A DNA stretch of 64,000 bases from an uncultured Candidatus Saccharibacteria bacterium (GTDB lineage: Bacteria; Patescibacteriota; Minisyncoccia; Phycocordibacterales; CAIZLB01): assembly GCA_964467385.1 (NCBI GenBank), contig CAYXQC010000003.1, positions 37,798-101,797 of the forward strand, in the 5' to 3' direction. The notes beneath the pieces are model-generated. The model ran no database searches. It saw nothing but the letters and a program-made list of their open reading frames with translations, and was not told the DNA's origin. The stretch's first letter is position 1. Every line of letters starts with the position of its first letter. Position numbers and translations under genes: made by a program. Below, in pieces: positions 40,027 through 49,819 of this stretch.

Positions 40027-40719
40027 ATGGCAAAAAAACTATTTTATATGATTAGACATGGCGAAAGTATCCTGAACGCCGAGAGAAAACGACAAGGACC
40101 AGATGGGAGCTTGAGCCAACGCGGACAAGAACAAGCTGCAGCAACAGGAAAACGTCTCGAGAATCAAAAGTTCGATGCTGTTCTCGTAAGCCCTTATACC
40201 CGAACTCGCGAGACCGCTGAGATTATCTGTTCATATATAAAGACAAAGAAACCTTTGGAGCTAGTCGACCTTTTAACAGAACGACGGAATCCAAGTGAAA
40301 TCGTAAACCAATCAGCTGACGATCCAAAAGTAAAATACATAGTTGACATCATTGATAGAAGCTTTCACAAAGATAATTATCGCTATTCTGACGAGGAAAA
40401 TTTTGAAGATCTAAAGAACCGAGCACATAACCTTCTCATATATCTTGCACACAGACCATCAAATGAACATAAGGTTTTAGTTGTGACACATAGTATCTTT
40501 TTGAAAATGATTGCCTCGTACATTCTGTACCATGATAAACTCGATGCCCACAAATACAATCTTTTGAGTTACACGAATGCTTCGAACAACGCCTCAATCA
40601 CGATCTGTGAATACAATAGTGGTTGGCTCGGTGATGGACTTCTTGGCCGCATCTTCTTCCCTCCCGAAAGACGATGGAGACTATTGGCATGGGATGATTA
40701 CACAATTAGCACCAATTAG
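40027..40719 (+). CDS. Histidine phosphatase family protein
   Basis: RHGES, SPYTRTRETA, LVVTHS. Confidence 0.92.
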   Translation: MAKKLFYMIRHGESILNAERKRQGPDGSLSQRGQEQAAATGKRLENQKFDAVLVSPYTRTRETAEIICSYIKTKKPLELVDLLTERRNPSEIVNQSADDPKVKYIVDIIDRSFHKDNYRYSDEENFEDLKNRAHNLLIYLAHRPSNEHKVLVVTHSIFLKMIASYILYHDKLDAHKYNLLSYTNASNNASITICEYNSGWLGDGLLGRIFFPPERRWRLLAWDDYTISTN

Positions 40720-40761
40720 CGTTGCAAGAGATACAATAGATACAATTTACGCGAACAGTAT

Positions 40762-41490
40762 TTAAGCGTGCAATACCTGTGTGATTGAAAAAACTACAAC
40801 AACTCCAAGAATAGTCATAAGTATAGTCTTGAATGAAGAATTATGGCTGTGTGCCTCTGGCAAAATGTCTGATGCACCAATATATAGGAGAAATCCAGCA
40901 AAGAATCCGAGATACATTACAAGAAAATTCGGTGAAAATGTAATGAAGAGAGTTGAAATACCTCCAAGAACCGGTGCAATAGCATTGATAAACAAAAATC
41001 GAAGCGCCTGTTTTACAGAATTTTTATGCGCCAACATAAGAGAAACTGTGTTTAGACCATCTGTGAAATTGTGAGCGAGAACTGCAAGTGCAGTCGCAAT
41101 CCCAAGTGCATCTGAGATCTGAAACCCTAAACCAATACCTACACCATCAAGAAAGGAGTGAGCAGAGAGTGCTAATGCCGAGAAAATACCAACAGTTGGA
41201 TGGTGATGGTGACCGTACTGATCCTCATGCGCATGATGAATGAGTAACACTTTTTCAGCAATATGGAAGAGTAGAAAACCGGCAACCATTGAAAGCATTG
41301 CTGTATGTACATCAAAACCATACTCTCCAGCCAGCTCAAAAAGCTCTGGCAAAATATCAAATGCCACCACAGCAATAAGGACACCCGCTGTGAAGCCGAG
41401 AGTTAGATGCATCTTGTCTTTCCACTTGAGACCAATGAGTCCGCCAAGACAAGCAGAGAAGAATGTCAGACCAATGAATATGAATGCCAT
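40762..41490 (-). CDS. ZIP family metal transporter
   Basis: His-rich loop, HSFLDG and HNFTDG, ILPEAH. Confidence 0.92.
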   Translation of the reverse strand: MAFIFIGLTFFSACLGGLIGLKWKDKMHLTLGFTAGVLIAVVAFDILPELFELAGEYGFDVHTAMLSMVAGFLLFHIAEKVLLIHHAHEDQYGHHHHPTVGIFSALALSAHSFLDGVGIGLGFQISDALGIATALAVLAHNFTDGLNTVSLMLAHKNSVKQALRFLFINAIAPVLGGISTLFITFSPNFLVMYLGFFAGFLLYIGASDILPEAHSHNSSFKTILMTILGVVVVFSITQVLHA

Positions 41491-41519
41491 ATGAATGTAT
41501 AGTATTATATAAACACATT

Positions 41520-42716
41520 ATGCGAAAGGTCATAGAAAAGATAACCGGAGTGGCAGAACATGCAGCTCACAAAGTTGCTCATGTTGCCCATAAAATCAAA
41601 AAAGTTGTTGGATTAGAGCCGAGATACGAATTCATCGATGAGGCACCCACCACCTGGTCTTTTGCAACCACCACCGAGGATTCTTGGCGTATGCTTCAAA
41701 AAGCATTTAACGAGGCTCGCGAATCTATTTATATAGAGCAGTTTTTATTTTTCCCGGATACTATTGGTCAGCAGTTTATAGAACTTCTCATCAAAAAAGC
41801 GCGAGCCGGTGTCCATGTAAAAATCATCGTTGATTCAGTAGGCAGCTTTCCACTCGGCCGTTCTATGTATTTAGAAAAAATGGAAGAGGCTGGAATTAAA
41901 ATAAAATTTTTTAATTGGATGCTGCCATTTTCAAAGAACAGTAAAAAACTTTGGTATTTTAGAAATCATCGCCGATTGTTTATCATAGATCGTTCTGTCC
42001 TCTTAACTGGTGGTACATGCATCGGCAGTCAAATGACAGAATGGCGAGAAACTCAGATTCAACTCGAAGGACCAGCTGTGCAACAAGCAGTGAAAGTTTT
42101 TGATCAAACTTGGAAGAAAGTGTACAAGAAACGTACATTGAATCTTGGTATCCAGTACAAAAGCGGTATCGATGGATTTTCATATATCACCCAGGCACCG
42201 CTTCCTTCTGAACGACATGTGTACTATCGACTGATTGATGCAATTCGATCAGCAAAGAAACGTGTATGGCTCACGACACCGTATTTTTTGCCTGACAATA
42301 GACTTGAGCGAGTACTTGTCCTCGCAGCAAAACGAAAAGTTGATGTACGTATCCTTACACCAAAAGAGACAAATCACATACTTGTTAATACCGGTTCACA
42401 TACATACTACGATCATCTCTTACAGAGGGGCGTGAAAATTTTTAATTACCTCCCTTGCATGCTCCATTCAAAAACTGCTGTTATAGATGATGAATGGGCT
42501 ATGGTTGGCACTATGAATCTCGACAATATCAGCCTTAGATACAATTTCGAATCTGCATTAATCATTAGCAACAGTCTTTGTGTTTCAGAACTGGCAGAGC
42601 ATTTTGAATACGATCTTCGAAAATCAGAAGAAATCACCTTGGCAGAGTGGCGAGAACGGCCACTTTTACACAAGATCAAAGAGGCTATCGTTTGGCCGAT
42701 TAGAAAGTTTTTGTAG
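41520..42716 (+). CDS. Cardiolipin synthase-like phospholipase D
   Basis: Two PLD motifs (RNHRRLFIID, LHSKTAVIDD), TPYFLP, GTMNLD. Confidence 0.9.
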   Translation: MRKVIEKITGVAEHAAHKVAHVAHKIKKVVGLEPRYEFIDEAPTTWSFATTTEDSWRMLQKAFNEARESIYIEQFLFFPDTIGQQFIELLIKKARAGVHVKIIVDSVGSFPLGRSMYLEKMEEAGIKIKFFNWMLPFSKNSKKLWYFRNHRRLFIIDRSVLLTGGTCIGSQMTEWRETQIQLEGPAVQQAVKVFDQTWKKVYKKRTLNLGIQYKSGIDGFSYITQAPLPSERHVYYRLIDAIRSAKKRVWLTTPYFLPDNRLERVLVLAAKRKVDVRILTPKETNHILVNTGSHTYYDHLLQRGVKIFNYLPCMLHSKTAVIDDEWAMVGTMNLDNISLRYNFESALIISNSLCVSELAEHFEYDLRKSEEITLAEWRERPLLHKIKEAIVWPIRKFL

Positions 42717-42795
42717 AAAAACCCGTGCTTTTTCCAAAAAACGTGATATAATCAGGCTCTATTATATAAATCCATAAATTCCCCACTTTACTACA

Positions 42796-43308
42796 TTGCA
42801 GACACCATCAGTTAGAATCAACCACCAAATACGAGCAGCTGAACTTCGGGTCATTGGCCCAAAGGGCGAAAATCTAGGCGTTATGTCAGTTTCTGATGCC
42901 CTTCGAGCTGCCCATGAAAGCAATCTGGACCTTATTGAAATCTCACCAAAAGCCCTCCCTCCCGTTGCAAAAATCGCAGATTATGGTAAATTCCAGTATG
43001 ACGAAAACAAGAAGCAGAAGGCTGCAAAAGCCAACGCTAAGACGGTTGAAGTCAAGAACCTCCAGGTAAAAATAGGCACCGGCGAACACGATCTTATCTT
43101 GAAAGCCAAGAAAGCATCGGAGTGGCTCGGTGAAGGTCATCGACTTCGAATTGACCTATTCCTTCCAGGCAGAACCAAGTATCTCGATGAGAATTTTCTC
43201 AAAGACAGAATGGAACGACTCCTTAGGCTCGTAAGCGTTGATTTCAAAATCAATGAACCAGCTAAGAAGAGCCCTAAAGGGATGTCTATTGCTATCGAGC
43301 GAGCATAA
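42796..43308 (+). CDS. infC: Translation initiation factor IF-3
   Basis: RINHQIRAAELRVIG, LDLIEISP, DYGKFQY; non-AUG start (TTG 42796 or in-frame ATT 42778). Confidence 0.95.
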   Translation: MQTPSVRINHQIRAAELRVIGPKGENLGVMSVSDALRAAHESNLDLIEISPKALPPVAKIADYGKFQYDENKKQKAAKANAKTVEVKNLQVKIGTGEHDLILKAKKASEWLGEGHRLRIDLFLPGRTKYLDENFLKDRMERLLRLVSVDFKINEPAKKSPKGMSIAIERA

Positions 43309-43387
43309 TTATTAACAACAAGGCACTATAAGTTTCAAGCATATAAGCCTGAACGCCTCGCGTATACGGACGTAAACATATTCAATA

Positions 43388-43579
43388 ATGAAAACAAACA
43401 AATCATATTCGAAGCGAATCAAGGTTACCAAAAACGGTAAACTTGTAGCTCGAAAGGCAGGACACAACCACTTCAACGCAAAAGAAAGTGGCCGAACACA
43501 GATCAAAAAGCGTCGAACACTATCAATCGTAATGACACAGCGAGACAAGCGACGATACTTCGCACAGGCGAGCATCTAG
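43388..43579 (+). CDS. rpmI: 50S ribosomal protein L35
   Basis: MKTNKSYSKRIKVTKNGK; between infC and rplT. Confidence 0.93.
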   Translation: MKTNKSYSKRIKVTKNGKLVARKAGHNHFNAKESGRTQIKKRRTLSIVMTQRDKRRYFAQASI

Positions 43580-43615
43580 TTATTGGATCGAATTTTCTAA
43601 CATAATCAAACTACC

Positions 43616-43963
43616 ATGGTACGAGTAAAAAAAGGTGTTAACGCACTCAAAACACGACGAAATATTTTAAAAGCAGCTAAAGGTTTCCGAGGTCCTCGAA
43701 AAAACAAGGAAAAACTAGCGTACGAACAGCTCGTTCACTCATATGCCAGCGCTTTTGCTCACCGACGAGACAAGAAGGGTGACTTCCGACGACTTTGGAA
43801 CGTGCGAATCAACGCAGCGCTCCGACCACTCGGTCACTCTTATAGCAAGTTTATTGGCACAATGAAGAAGAAGGGTATGGAAGTAGACCGAAAGACACTT
43901 GCAGACCTTGCACAGAATGCTCCAGCTTCATTCGAACGACTTGTGAAGCAGGTGGTCGCTTAG
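43616..43963 (+). CDS. rplT: 50S ribosomal protein L20
   Basis: MVRVKKG, FRRLWNVRINAA, DRKTLADLA. Confidence 0.97.
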   Translation: MVRVKKGVNALKTRRNILKAAKGFRGPRKNKEKLAYEQLVHSYASAFAHRRDKKGDFRRLWNVRINAALRPLGHSYSKFIGTMKKKGMEVDRKTLADLAQNAPASFERLVKQVVA

Positions 43964-43980
43964 TTAAGCCATACAACTTA

Positions 43981-44019
43981 TATAAAAAATCCCGCAGAAA
44001 TTGTGGGATTTTTTATATA
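43981..44019. terminator. Bidirectional intrinsic terminator
   Basis: TATAAAAAATCCCGCA-GAAAT-TGTGGGATTTTTTATA between convergent genes. Confidence 0.8.
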
Positions 44020-44032
44020 AGAGCTTATTATT

Positions 44033-44689
44033 TTAGAGGACCGCAGCCATCTGCTCCTTTGAAGCATCTACCCCATCATAGTTCTTGTATCCTCGCAAAA
44101 TCTTTCGATCCTCTGCCACAAGTTGCAGGAGTCGAGTTACAAGTCGTTTTGGATTATCATCAAAAATGATTTTCTTGTTTGGACGATGACTTTTATTTAT
44201 CATAGTGTGTAAAATCTCATCTGTCTCCCATTTTCCATCTCCTGCCAAAATACCAATCGGCTTCTGATCTTCGAAAGAAATAGTGAATTCGTGATATGTA
44301 CCTATTCGGCCAGGGCCGATAATGATCGCATCACATGATCGTGTAAAAAGAAGGTCTCTCCCGCTATATCCGAAACCGGTATACGTGATGAAATCCATAT
44401 TTTCAAGCGGCAATCTATAAACCTCGGTATGTTCACGCACAGATGCAGCCGGTGAGAGACCTACTGAAACACCGCACTCCGCCTTGCAACCAACTGCTGC
44501 CCAGTACGGAAAACCTGTTGTAGCACCTGACATCATGATTGCCCCTTGTCGAGCGATTTCCTTCCCTACTTCTTTTGCTAATTCATAGGCTTCAGGACCA
44601 AGAAATCCCATGTCCGCCGCACCAGAAACACCAATTTTAGGAATAAGATAATTTTTTGAATTTGTATTGTTTAAGCAAACTGATCCCAT
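44033..44689 (-). CDS. LOG/SLOG family nucleotide-binding protein
   Basis: KIGVSGAA, SGATTG, TGFGYSGRD, GRIGTYHEF. Confidence 0.85.
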   Translation of the reverse strand: MGSVCLNNTNSKNYLIPKIGVSGAADMGFLGPEAYELAKEVGKEIARQGAIMMSGATTGFPYWAAVGCKAECGVSVGLSPAASVREHTEVYRLPLENMDFITYTGFGYSGRDLLFTRSCDAIIIGPGRIGTYHEFTISFEDQKPIGILAGDGKWETDEILHTMINKSHRPNKKIIFDDNPKRLVTRLLQLVAEDRKILRGYKNYDGVDASKEQMAAVL

Positions 44690-44802
44690 ATGTGTGTAGT
44701 ATAGCAGATTTTTTCCACGCTGCGCTTAATTGCGAATTTTTTGCATATTTTTATGCTCCTCTAGTGTGTCTTTTGTACACAAATACACAAACTACGTACA
44801 GA

Positions 44803-45792
44803 TTACAATTCTACATTCCCAAAAGGTTTCTTCCCTTCAAATACAGAGACAATATTTTCCGCAGCCAATCGCGCCATTTCATCTCGTGCGCTTTTTCGCG
44901 CTGATGCAATATGCGGAGTAAGAACTACGTTTGAAAATTTTGTTAAGCCTTTTGCAATCTTAGGTTCATCCTCAAATACATCTATGCCAGCACCTGCAAT
45001 TGTTCCCTTTTTGAGTGCCAGGACCAATGCTTTTTCATCAACTACTGGACCACGAGCTGTATTTATGAGAAAAGCTGTCGGCTTCATCATAGCTAGAGTT
45101 TCCTTATTTATCATATGTCTTGTCTGCGGCAAAAGCGGTACATGGAGACTTAAAATATCAGCCTCTCGAATTACCTGCTCAGGTTTTTCACAGAAAATTG
45201 CACCATACTCTTTCTCGAGTGTGTCGTTTCGACGTACATCGTAGTACATCACTTTCATAGCAAAACCCTTACCAAGATGCATCGCGACTCGTTCGCCGAT
45301 ATGCCCCGCACCAAGAATTCCCAAGGTTTTACCTGACAAATCCGTACCAGTAAAAATCATCGGATCCCAACCTTTGTATTTTCCAGCTCGAGTGAATTTA
45401 TCCGCCTCAACGATTCGAGTTGTCAAAGCAAGAGTGAGTGCAACCGTATGTTCAGCGATTGTATCACTAAACGATCCAGGTGTATTTGTGATTGCAATAC
45501 CTGCTGCCTTTGCATCAGCAAGCACAATATTGTTGTATCCAACTGCATAATTCGAAACGATCTTAAGTTGCGAACCAGCAGCTTTGATAAGCTTCTTATC
45601 GATCTTGTCTGTGAGTAATGTCAAAAGCGCATCGTATTGAATACCTTTCTTATTTTGTTTTTTGAGAAAATCTATAAGCTGTTTTTGCGTCGGAGGAATC
45701 TTATATGCACCAATGTCTACATTGTACCCTTTATCTTTTAAAATTTGGATGCCTATTTCAGGGATTCTTCGTGTTACAAAAATTCGTTTCAT
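44803..45792 (-). CDS. D-isomer 2-hydroxyacid dehydrogenase (glyoxylate/D-glycerate reductase-like)
   Basis: GILGAGHIG, INTARGPVVDE, DVFEDEP, PHIAS. Confidence 0.93.
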   Translation of the reverse strand: MKRIFVTRRIPEIGIQILKDKGYNVDIGAYKIPPTQKQLIDFLKKQNKKGIQYDALLTLLTDKIDKKLIKAAGSQLKIVSNYAVGYNNIVLADAKAAGIAITNTPGSFSDTIAEHTVALTLALTTRIVEADKFTRAGKYKGWDPMIFTGTDLSGKTLGILGAGHIGERVAMHLGKGFAMKVMYYDVRRNDTLEKEYGAIFCEKPEQVIREADILSLHVPLLPQTRHMINKETLAMMKPTAFLINTARGPVVDEKALVLALKKGTIAGAGIDVFEDEPKIAKGLTKFSNVVLTPHIASARKSARDEMARLAAENIVSVFEGKKPFGNVEL

Positions 45793-45805
45793 ATTTTTAT
45801 GTATA

Positions 45806-46585
45806 TTAATTTTCTTCTGATATATGTTCTGCTTTAACAACCATGGTTAGACCGTCCCATGCTGGCAAAAGACTCACCTGCTTTTGGAATGTCTCAAAAA
45901 TCCACGTATTAAATTCTTTGATATGTTCAGCACTATTGTCACCGGATTCTTCATATCGGACAAGTCCTTTGTTTAGGGTGTTGTCAACCAAAAGCGTACC
46001 ACCCGGACGGAGAAGTTTCCATGCTTCGAGTGTATATTCTTTATAATTTTCCTTATCTGCGTCTATGAAGACTACATCAAAAAATTCTAAAGTTGGTTCA
46101 TCTTTGGTCAATTTTTCCAACACACCCTTCGCCATACCGAGCTCAAAATGAATCTTCTCTTCTACACCCATTGCTTGCCAAAATCGCCGAGCAAAAGGAA
46201 CAGGTCGTGCGTCTTCATCACAAGCAAATACTTTTCCATCTTTAGCTAAACCTCGAGCGATGAATGCAGTACTAAAACCACGGAATGTACCGATCTCGAG
46301 CGCATGTTTTGCACCAAGCGCCTTCATCAAGACCTCAAGAAACCTAGCCTCTGAAAGTGGTACATTGAGATACGAACGTTCATGCTTTTGATTGCTCCGG
46401 ATACTGAAATTGTCCTCAGGAGTTTCTGTGAGCCGAATCAGCTGTTCTATGTACTGGTTTACATGCATATTTACTTGCACATGACCACCACTTGATCGGC
46501 TTTTTTGATAGTGAATTGCCTTTCGTACTTTCACTGGATGCAATTGTTTAAAAAATTTTCTGATTTTTGAAACTAACTCTTTCAT
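45806..46585 (-). CDS. O-methyltransferase (caffeoyl-CoA type)
   Basis: LEIGTFRGFS, FIDADKENY, LRPGG, VDN. Confidence 0.9.
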   Translation of the reverse strand: MKELVSKIRKFFKQLHPVKVRKAIHYQKSRSSGGHVQVNMHVNQYIEQLIRLTETPEDNFSIRSNQKHERSYLNVPLSEARFLEVLMKALGAKHALEIGTFRGFSTAFIARGLAKDGKVFACDEDARPVPFARRFWQAMGVEEKIHFELGMAKGVLEKLTKDEPTLEFFDVVFIDADKENYKEYTLEAWKLLRPGGTLLVDNTLNKGLVRYEESGDNSAEHIKEFNTWIFETFQKQVSLLPAWDGLTMVVKAEHISEEN

Positions 46586-46662
46586 GCTGTGTTTCTGAAT
46601 TTATTATTTATAATTTTCACTTCGCAGTCTGCACTCCCTTTTTTAAAGATAACAATGAGTAC

Positions 46663-48141
46663 CTACTCCAGTGTAACAGTATCTCCTTCTTCAGGATGAA
46701 CAGCGTGCACACCAACATAATCACGAAGTTTTTGTGCCAAGAAAAGCGAGGAACCTGTTTCACCCATAACGACAAATACTTTACGCAAAGTAGCAGCTGA
46801 TTTATCAACAAACTCTACAAGATGGTCCGAATCCTTATGTGATGAATAGCCATCAATTTTTTCAATACGAGCACGTATCGGAACAGCTGTGCCGAGAATG
46901 TTGACCTCTTTCATTCCCTCTTGAATCAAACGCCCAAGTGTCCCAACAGCCTGATAGCCAATAAACACAATAGTGTTTTTAGGATCATTAAGATAATGCA
47001 TTTCATGATGCTGAATCCGTCCACCGCTCGACATCCCTGACCCTGCCATAATGATCTTTGGACTCGGCTGCTTCACAATACTTTTTGACTCTTCAGCACT
47101 ACCAACCACATGCAAACCTGGGAATGAAAAGATATCATGATGATGTCCTCTATGCGCATCAGTCTGAGCTCGCGCATTTAAGTCACCTATCATTGAACGA
47201 TAGATTTCTGTAAGTTTAATAGCAAGTGGCGAATCCATATACACTGGAGTTTTTGGAATCTTTCCGGTTTCTGAAAGAGTATGTATTTCAAAGAGAATTT
47301 CCTGTGCTTTTTCGAGTGAAAATATTGGCATCAAAAGAACACCGCCTTTTGTATGATTTTCTTTGATTACTTTCGCAAGTTTTTCAAGCCGATGTTCTCG
47401 ATCTTCGTGATTTTTGTCACCATATACGCTTTCCATCAACAAATAATCCGCATCTGTTACATCCTCAGTGTCACGAAGAAGTGGCGTTGGACTATTTCCC
47501 AAATCTCCTGTAAATACAATTTTTCGTTGTTTATCTTTCCCTTCCGCCGTGTATGTAAGCTCATACATAGATGAACCAAGAACATGTCCAGAATCTTTCA
47601 GATATACTGAATATCCAGGGGCAAGTTCGTGATGTGTATGATACGGAATAGTTTTCCAAAGCTTGAATGTCTCCATGACATCCTCTTCTTGATAGAGAGG
47701 TGGAACATCTTTTTTTATAGAATCCTGTAACGTCAATTTGAGTGCATCTTGGAGCATTACTTCAGAAAGCTTTCTTGTTTCTGGTGTCGAATAAATCACA
47801 CCCGCAAAACCTTCACGTACAAGCTTTGGTACGCGTCCAATATGATCCATGTGCGCATGAGTGATAAGGAGAAAATCCGCATCAGATGGATTGTACATAA
47901 AATCACGATGATTATTTGATTCAGCTTCATGTGTCCCCTGTTCGAGTCCGCAATCTACAAGAATACGAAGTTCACCATCAGAGTTTGCACCTGCATGTGA
48001 AGTACTCACTGTTCTTGGACCAGTAAGGAGAAAATTTGCGCCGGTTACAGATCCAACTCCACCACAAAACGTCAGTTTCAATTTTTTTATTTTTGAATCA
48101 TGTTCACTTCGTCGGTTTGATGCGGTGGTAGTCTGTTCCAT
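46663..48141 (-). CDS. MBL-fold beta-CASP ribonuclease
   Basis: THAHMDHIG, GHVLGS, FTGDLG, MESVYG, SSHKD. Confidence 0.92.
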   Translation of the reverse strand: MEQTTTASNRRSEHDSKIKKLKLTFCGGVGSVTGANFLLTGPRTVSTSHAGANSDGELRILVDCGLEQGTHEAESNNHRDFMYNPSDADFLLITHAHMDHIGRVPKLVREGFAGVIYSTPETRKLSEVMLQDALKLTLQDSIKKDVPPLYQEEDVMETFKLWKTIPYHTHHELAPGYSVYLKDSGHVLGSSMYELTYTAEGKDKQRKIVFTGDLGNSPTPLLRDTEDVTDADYLLMESVYGDKNHEDREHRLEKLAKVIKENHTKGGVLLMPIFSLEKAQEILFEIHTLSETGKIPKTPVYMDSPLAIKLTEIYRSMIGDLNARAQTDAHRGHHHDIFSFPGLHVVGSAEESKSIVKQPSPKIIMAGSGMSSGGRIQHHEMHYLNDPKNTIVFIGYQAVGTLGRLIQEGMKEVNILGTAVPIRARIEKIDGYSSHKDSDHLVEFVDKSAATLRKVFVVMGETGSSLFLAQKLRDYVGVHAVHPEEGDTVTLE

Positions 48142-48488
48142 ATGTAAATTGATATTAACCCTCCTATAGTATCATCGATTAAGTCTTTTAGGGTATCGAG
48201 CCAGTAGAAAAGTCCGAGAACTTCAACTTTGTACCACAATTCTAGAATTTCCCAAGCTATACCAATTATAAATACACCGATCAGAAGGTTATGAAGACTT
48301 TCTTGAAGTTTAAGTGCACGCAAAAATACGAATACAAAAAGTCCTGACATGATACCACCAAGGATATGCATAGGGATATCTACCCATCGATAGGTCCAAT
48401 ACAAATAATATTTCGAAGCTAAGAGGTGAAGAGCGATTACAAAAACAGCAGAACTAAGTGCTATGTAGAATAATTGGCGATTGGACAT
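48087..48488 (-). CDS. Hypothetical membrane protein
   Basis: DIPMHILGG, IAWEILE, DTLKDLIDD; four TMs. Confidence 0.75.
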   Translation of the reverse strand: MSNRQLFYIALSSAVFVIALHLLASKYYLYWTYRWVDIPMHILGGIMSGLFVFVFLRALKLQESLHNLLIGVFIIGIAWEILELWYKVEVLGLFYWLDTLKDLIDDTIGGLISIYIWNRLPPHQTDEVNMIQK

Positions 48489-48569
48489 AGGGTTTTTACG
48501 GAGTATGTTTTTTCTCTATTATACAAGCTAATAACAAAAATACCCATCGCGAGGATGGGAATCTTTGGT

Positions 48570-48694
48570 GGTATCTCGGGTATCATACCTAGCTATTAAG
48601 TCTAGGGTGGGTACTCCCTACGGGCATAGCTTAAAGCAAATGCACGAAGCGGGATCCCTTATTTTTTGTATAGAAGTTGATACTTCAAGATACC
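48570..48694 (-). ncRNA. Candidate 6S-like rod-shaped RNA
   Basis: Promoter TTGCAG-16-CATAAT upstream; closing stem GGTATCTTG-AAGTATCA / TGATACCCGAGATACC; central bubble; apical stem; terminator at 48533-48561. Confidence 0.6.
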
Positions 48695-48758
48695 TGTTCC
48701 TATTATGTTCTTTTGAAAAAATTCTGCAAACTTTACAAGCAAATCTAGTGTTTTCTAA

Positions 48759-49394
48759 TTAATTTTTAGCTGCCAAAATACCGTTCATATCGGGCGCGTA
48801 AAGGATTTCTTCGGAAATCATTTTGTAATCCACAATTTCTTCAGGTTTAAACCAAAAATTGATCTCATCTTCAGCTTCTTTCACTGATCCTGAAGCGTGG
48901 ACAAGATTTCTAATTGATCTATTGTCAGTTTCTGACATTTGATATGAATCGAGCATAAAATCTCCACGAATAGTACCAACATCTGAGGTTAATGGCTCCG
49001 TGCCGCCGGTAATTTTTCTTACAATCTTCACAGCATGTGCACCTTGCCACACCATAGCCACAACCGGACCAGCCGTAAGATATCGTGTAAGCCGTTCGAG
49101 AATATCTGCGGCTAGTTTTTTCGGATCATCAGTTGGCGGAGTAAGGCCTTTATCTAAAAAGCCTTTAATACTCTTATTTCCAACCGCATCGAACCATCCC
49201 GGATCAAGAGTATAATGCTGTCTGACCATATCCGCAGTTGGGACCATCAGTTTCATTGCTACAAGTTTGAGACCAATCCGTTCATATCGACTAATAATCT
49301 CACCCATCAAGCTTCGCTGAATACCATCTGGTTTAATAATTACAAATGTTCGTTCGTGTTTGTGGTGCTGTGCAGTTTTTTCTGATGTATTCAT
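48759..49394 (-). CDS. ndk: Nucleoside diphosphate kinase
   Basis: ERTFVIIKPDG, GTIRGDF, NLVHASGS. Confidence 0.96.
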   Translation of the reverse strand: MNTSEKTAQHHKHERTFVIIKPDGIQRSLMGEIISRYERIGLKLVAMKLMVPTADMVRQHYTLDPGWFDAVGNKSIKGFLDKGLTPPTDDPKKLAADILERLTRYLTAGPVVAMVWQGAHAVKIVRKITGGTEPLTSDVGTIRGDFMLDSYQMSETDNRSIRNLVHASGSVKEAEDEINFWFKPEEIVDYKMISEEILYAPDMNGILAAKN

Positions 49395-49435
49395 GCACAC
49401 AATATACTACTAAATAGCCTTTGCCTCCAAACGAG

Positions 49436-49624
49436 CTATTTTATACGGAAGATTTCATGTTCTTTGGCATTTTCATCACTATCTTTGCTGCGCTGGTCCA
49501 AGAGCATACTAATCCCTTCGGCTATTACATCCATTCGGTGATTGAACTCTTCAGCTAAGGCGCCCACATAACGTTCATATGTTTTTCGTTGCTCCTCACG
49601 TTTTGTGTCAATTATTTCAGCCAT
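49436..49624 (-). CDS. Small coiled-coil protein, paralog or fragment of 52847-53368
   Basis: RYVGALAEEFNHRMDVIAE matches RHIGALTEEYQWRISAVGE. Confidence 0.6.
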   Translation of the reverse strand: MAEIIDTKREEQRKTYERYVGALAEEFNHRMDVIAEGISMLLDQRSKDSDENAKEHEIFRIK

Positions 49625-49819
49625 CTTTGTGCATATATTACTTCTAATAATGCACACAGTCTATCGAATCAAGATGAAGACACTATCAAAAAATTCTAAG
49701 GAAATAGGCTTATAATTAGGCGTATTTTCGCTATAAAAAAATTAATGAAAATTTTATCCACAAGTTATCACATCACAAAAATTCCAGGGTGCAAAAAGAT
49801 AAGAATCAAAAAAATTAGA

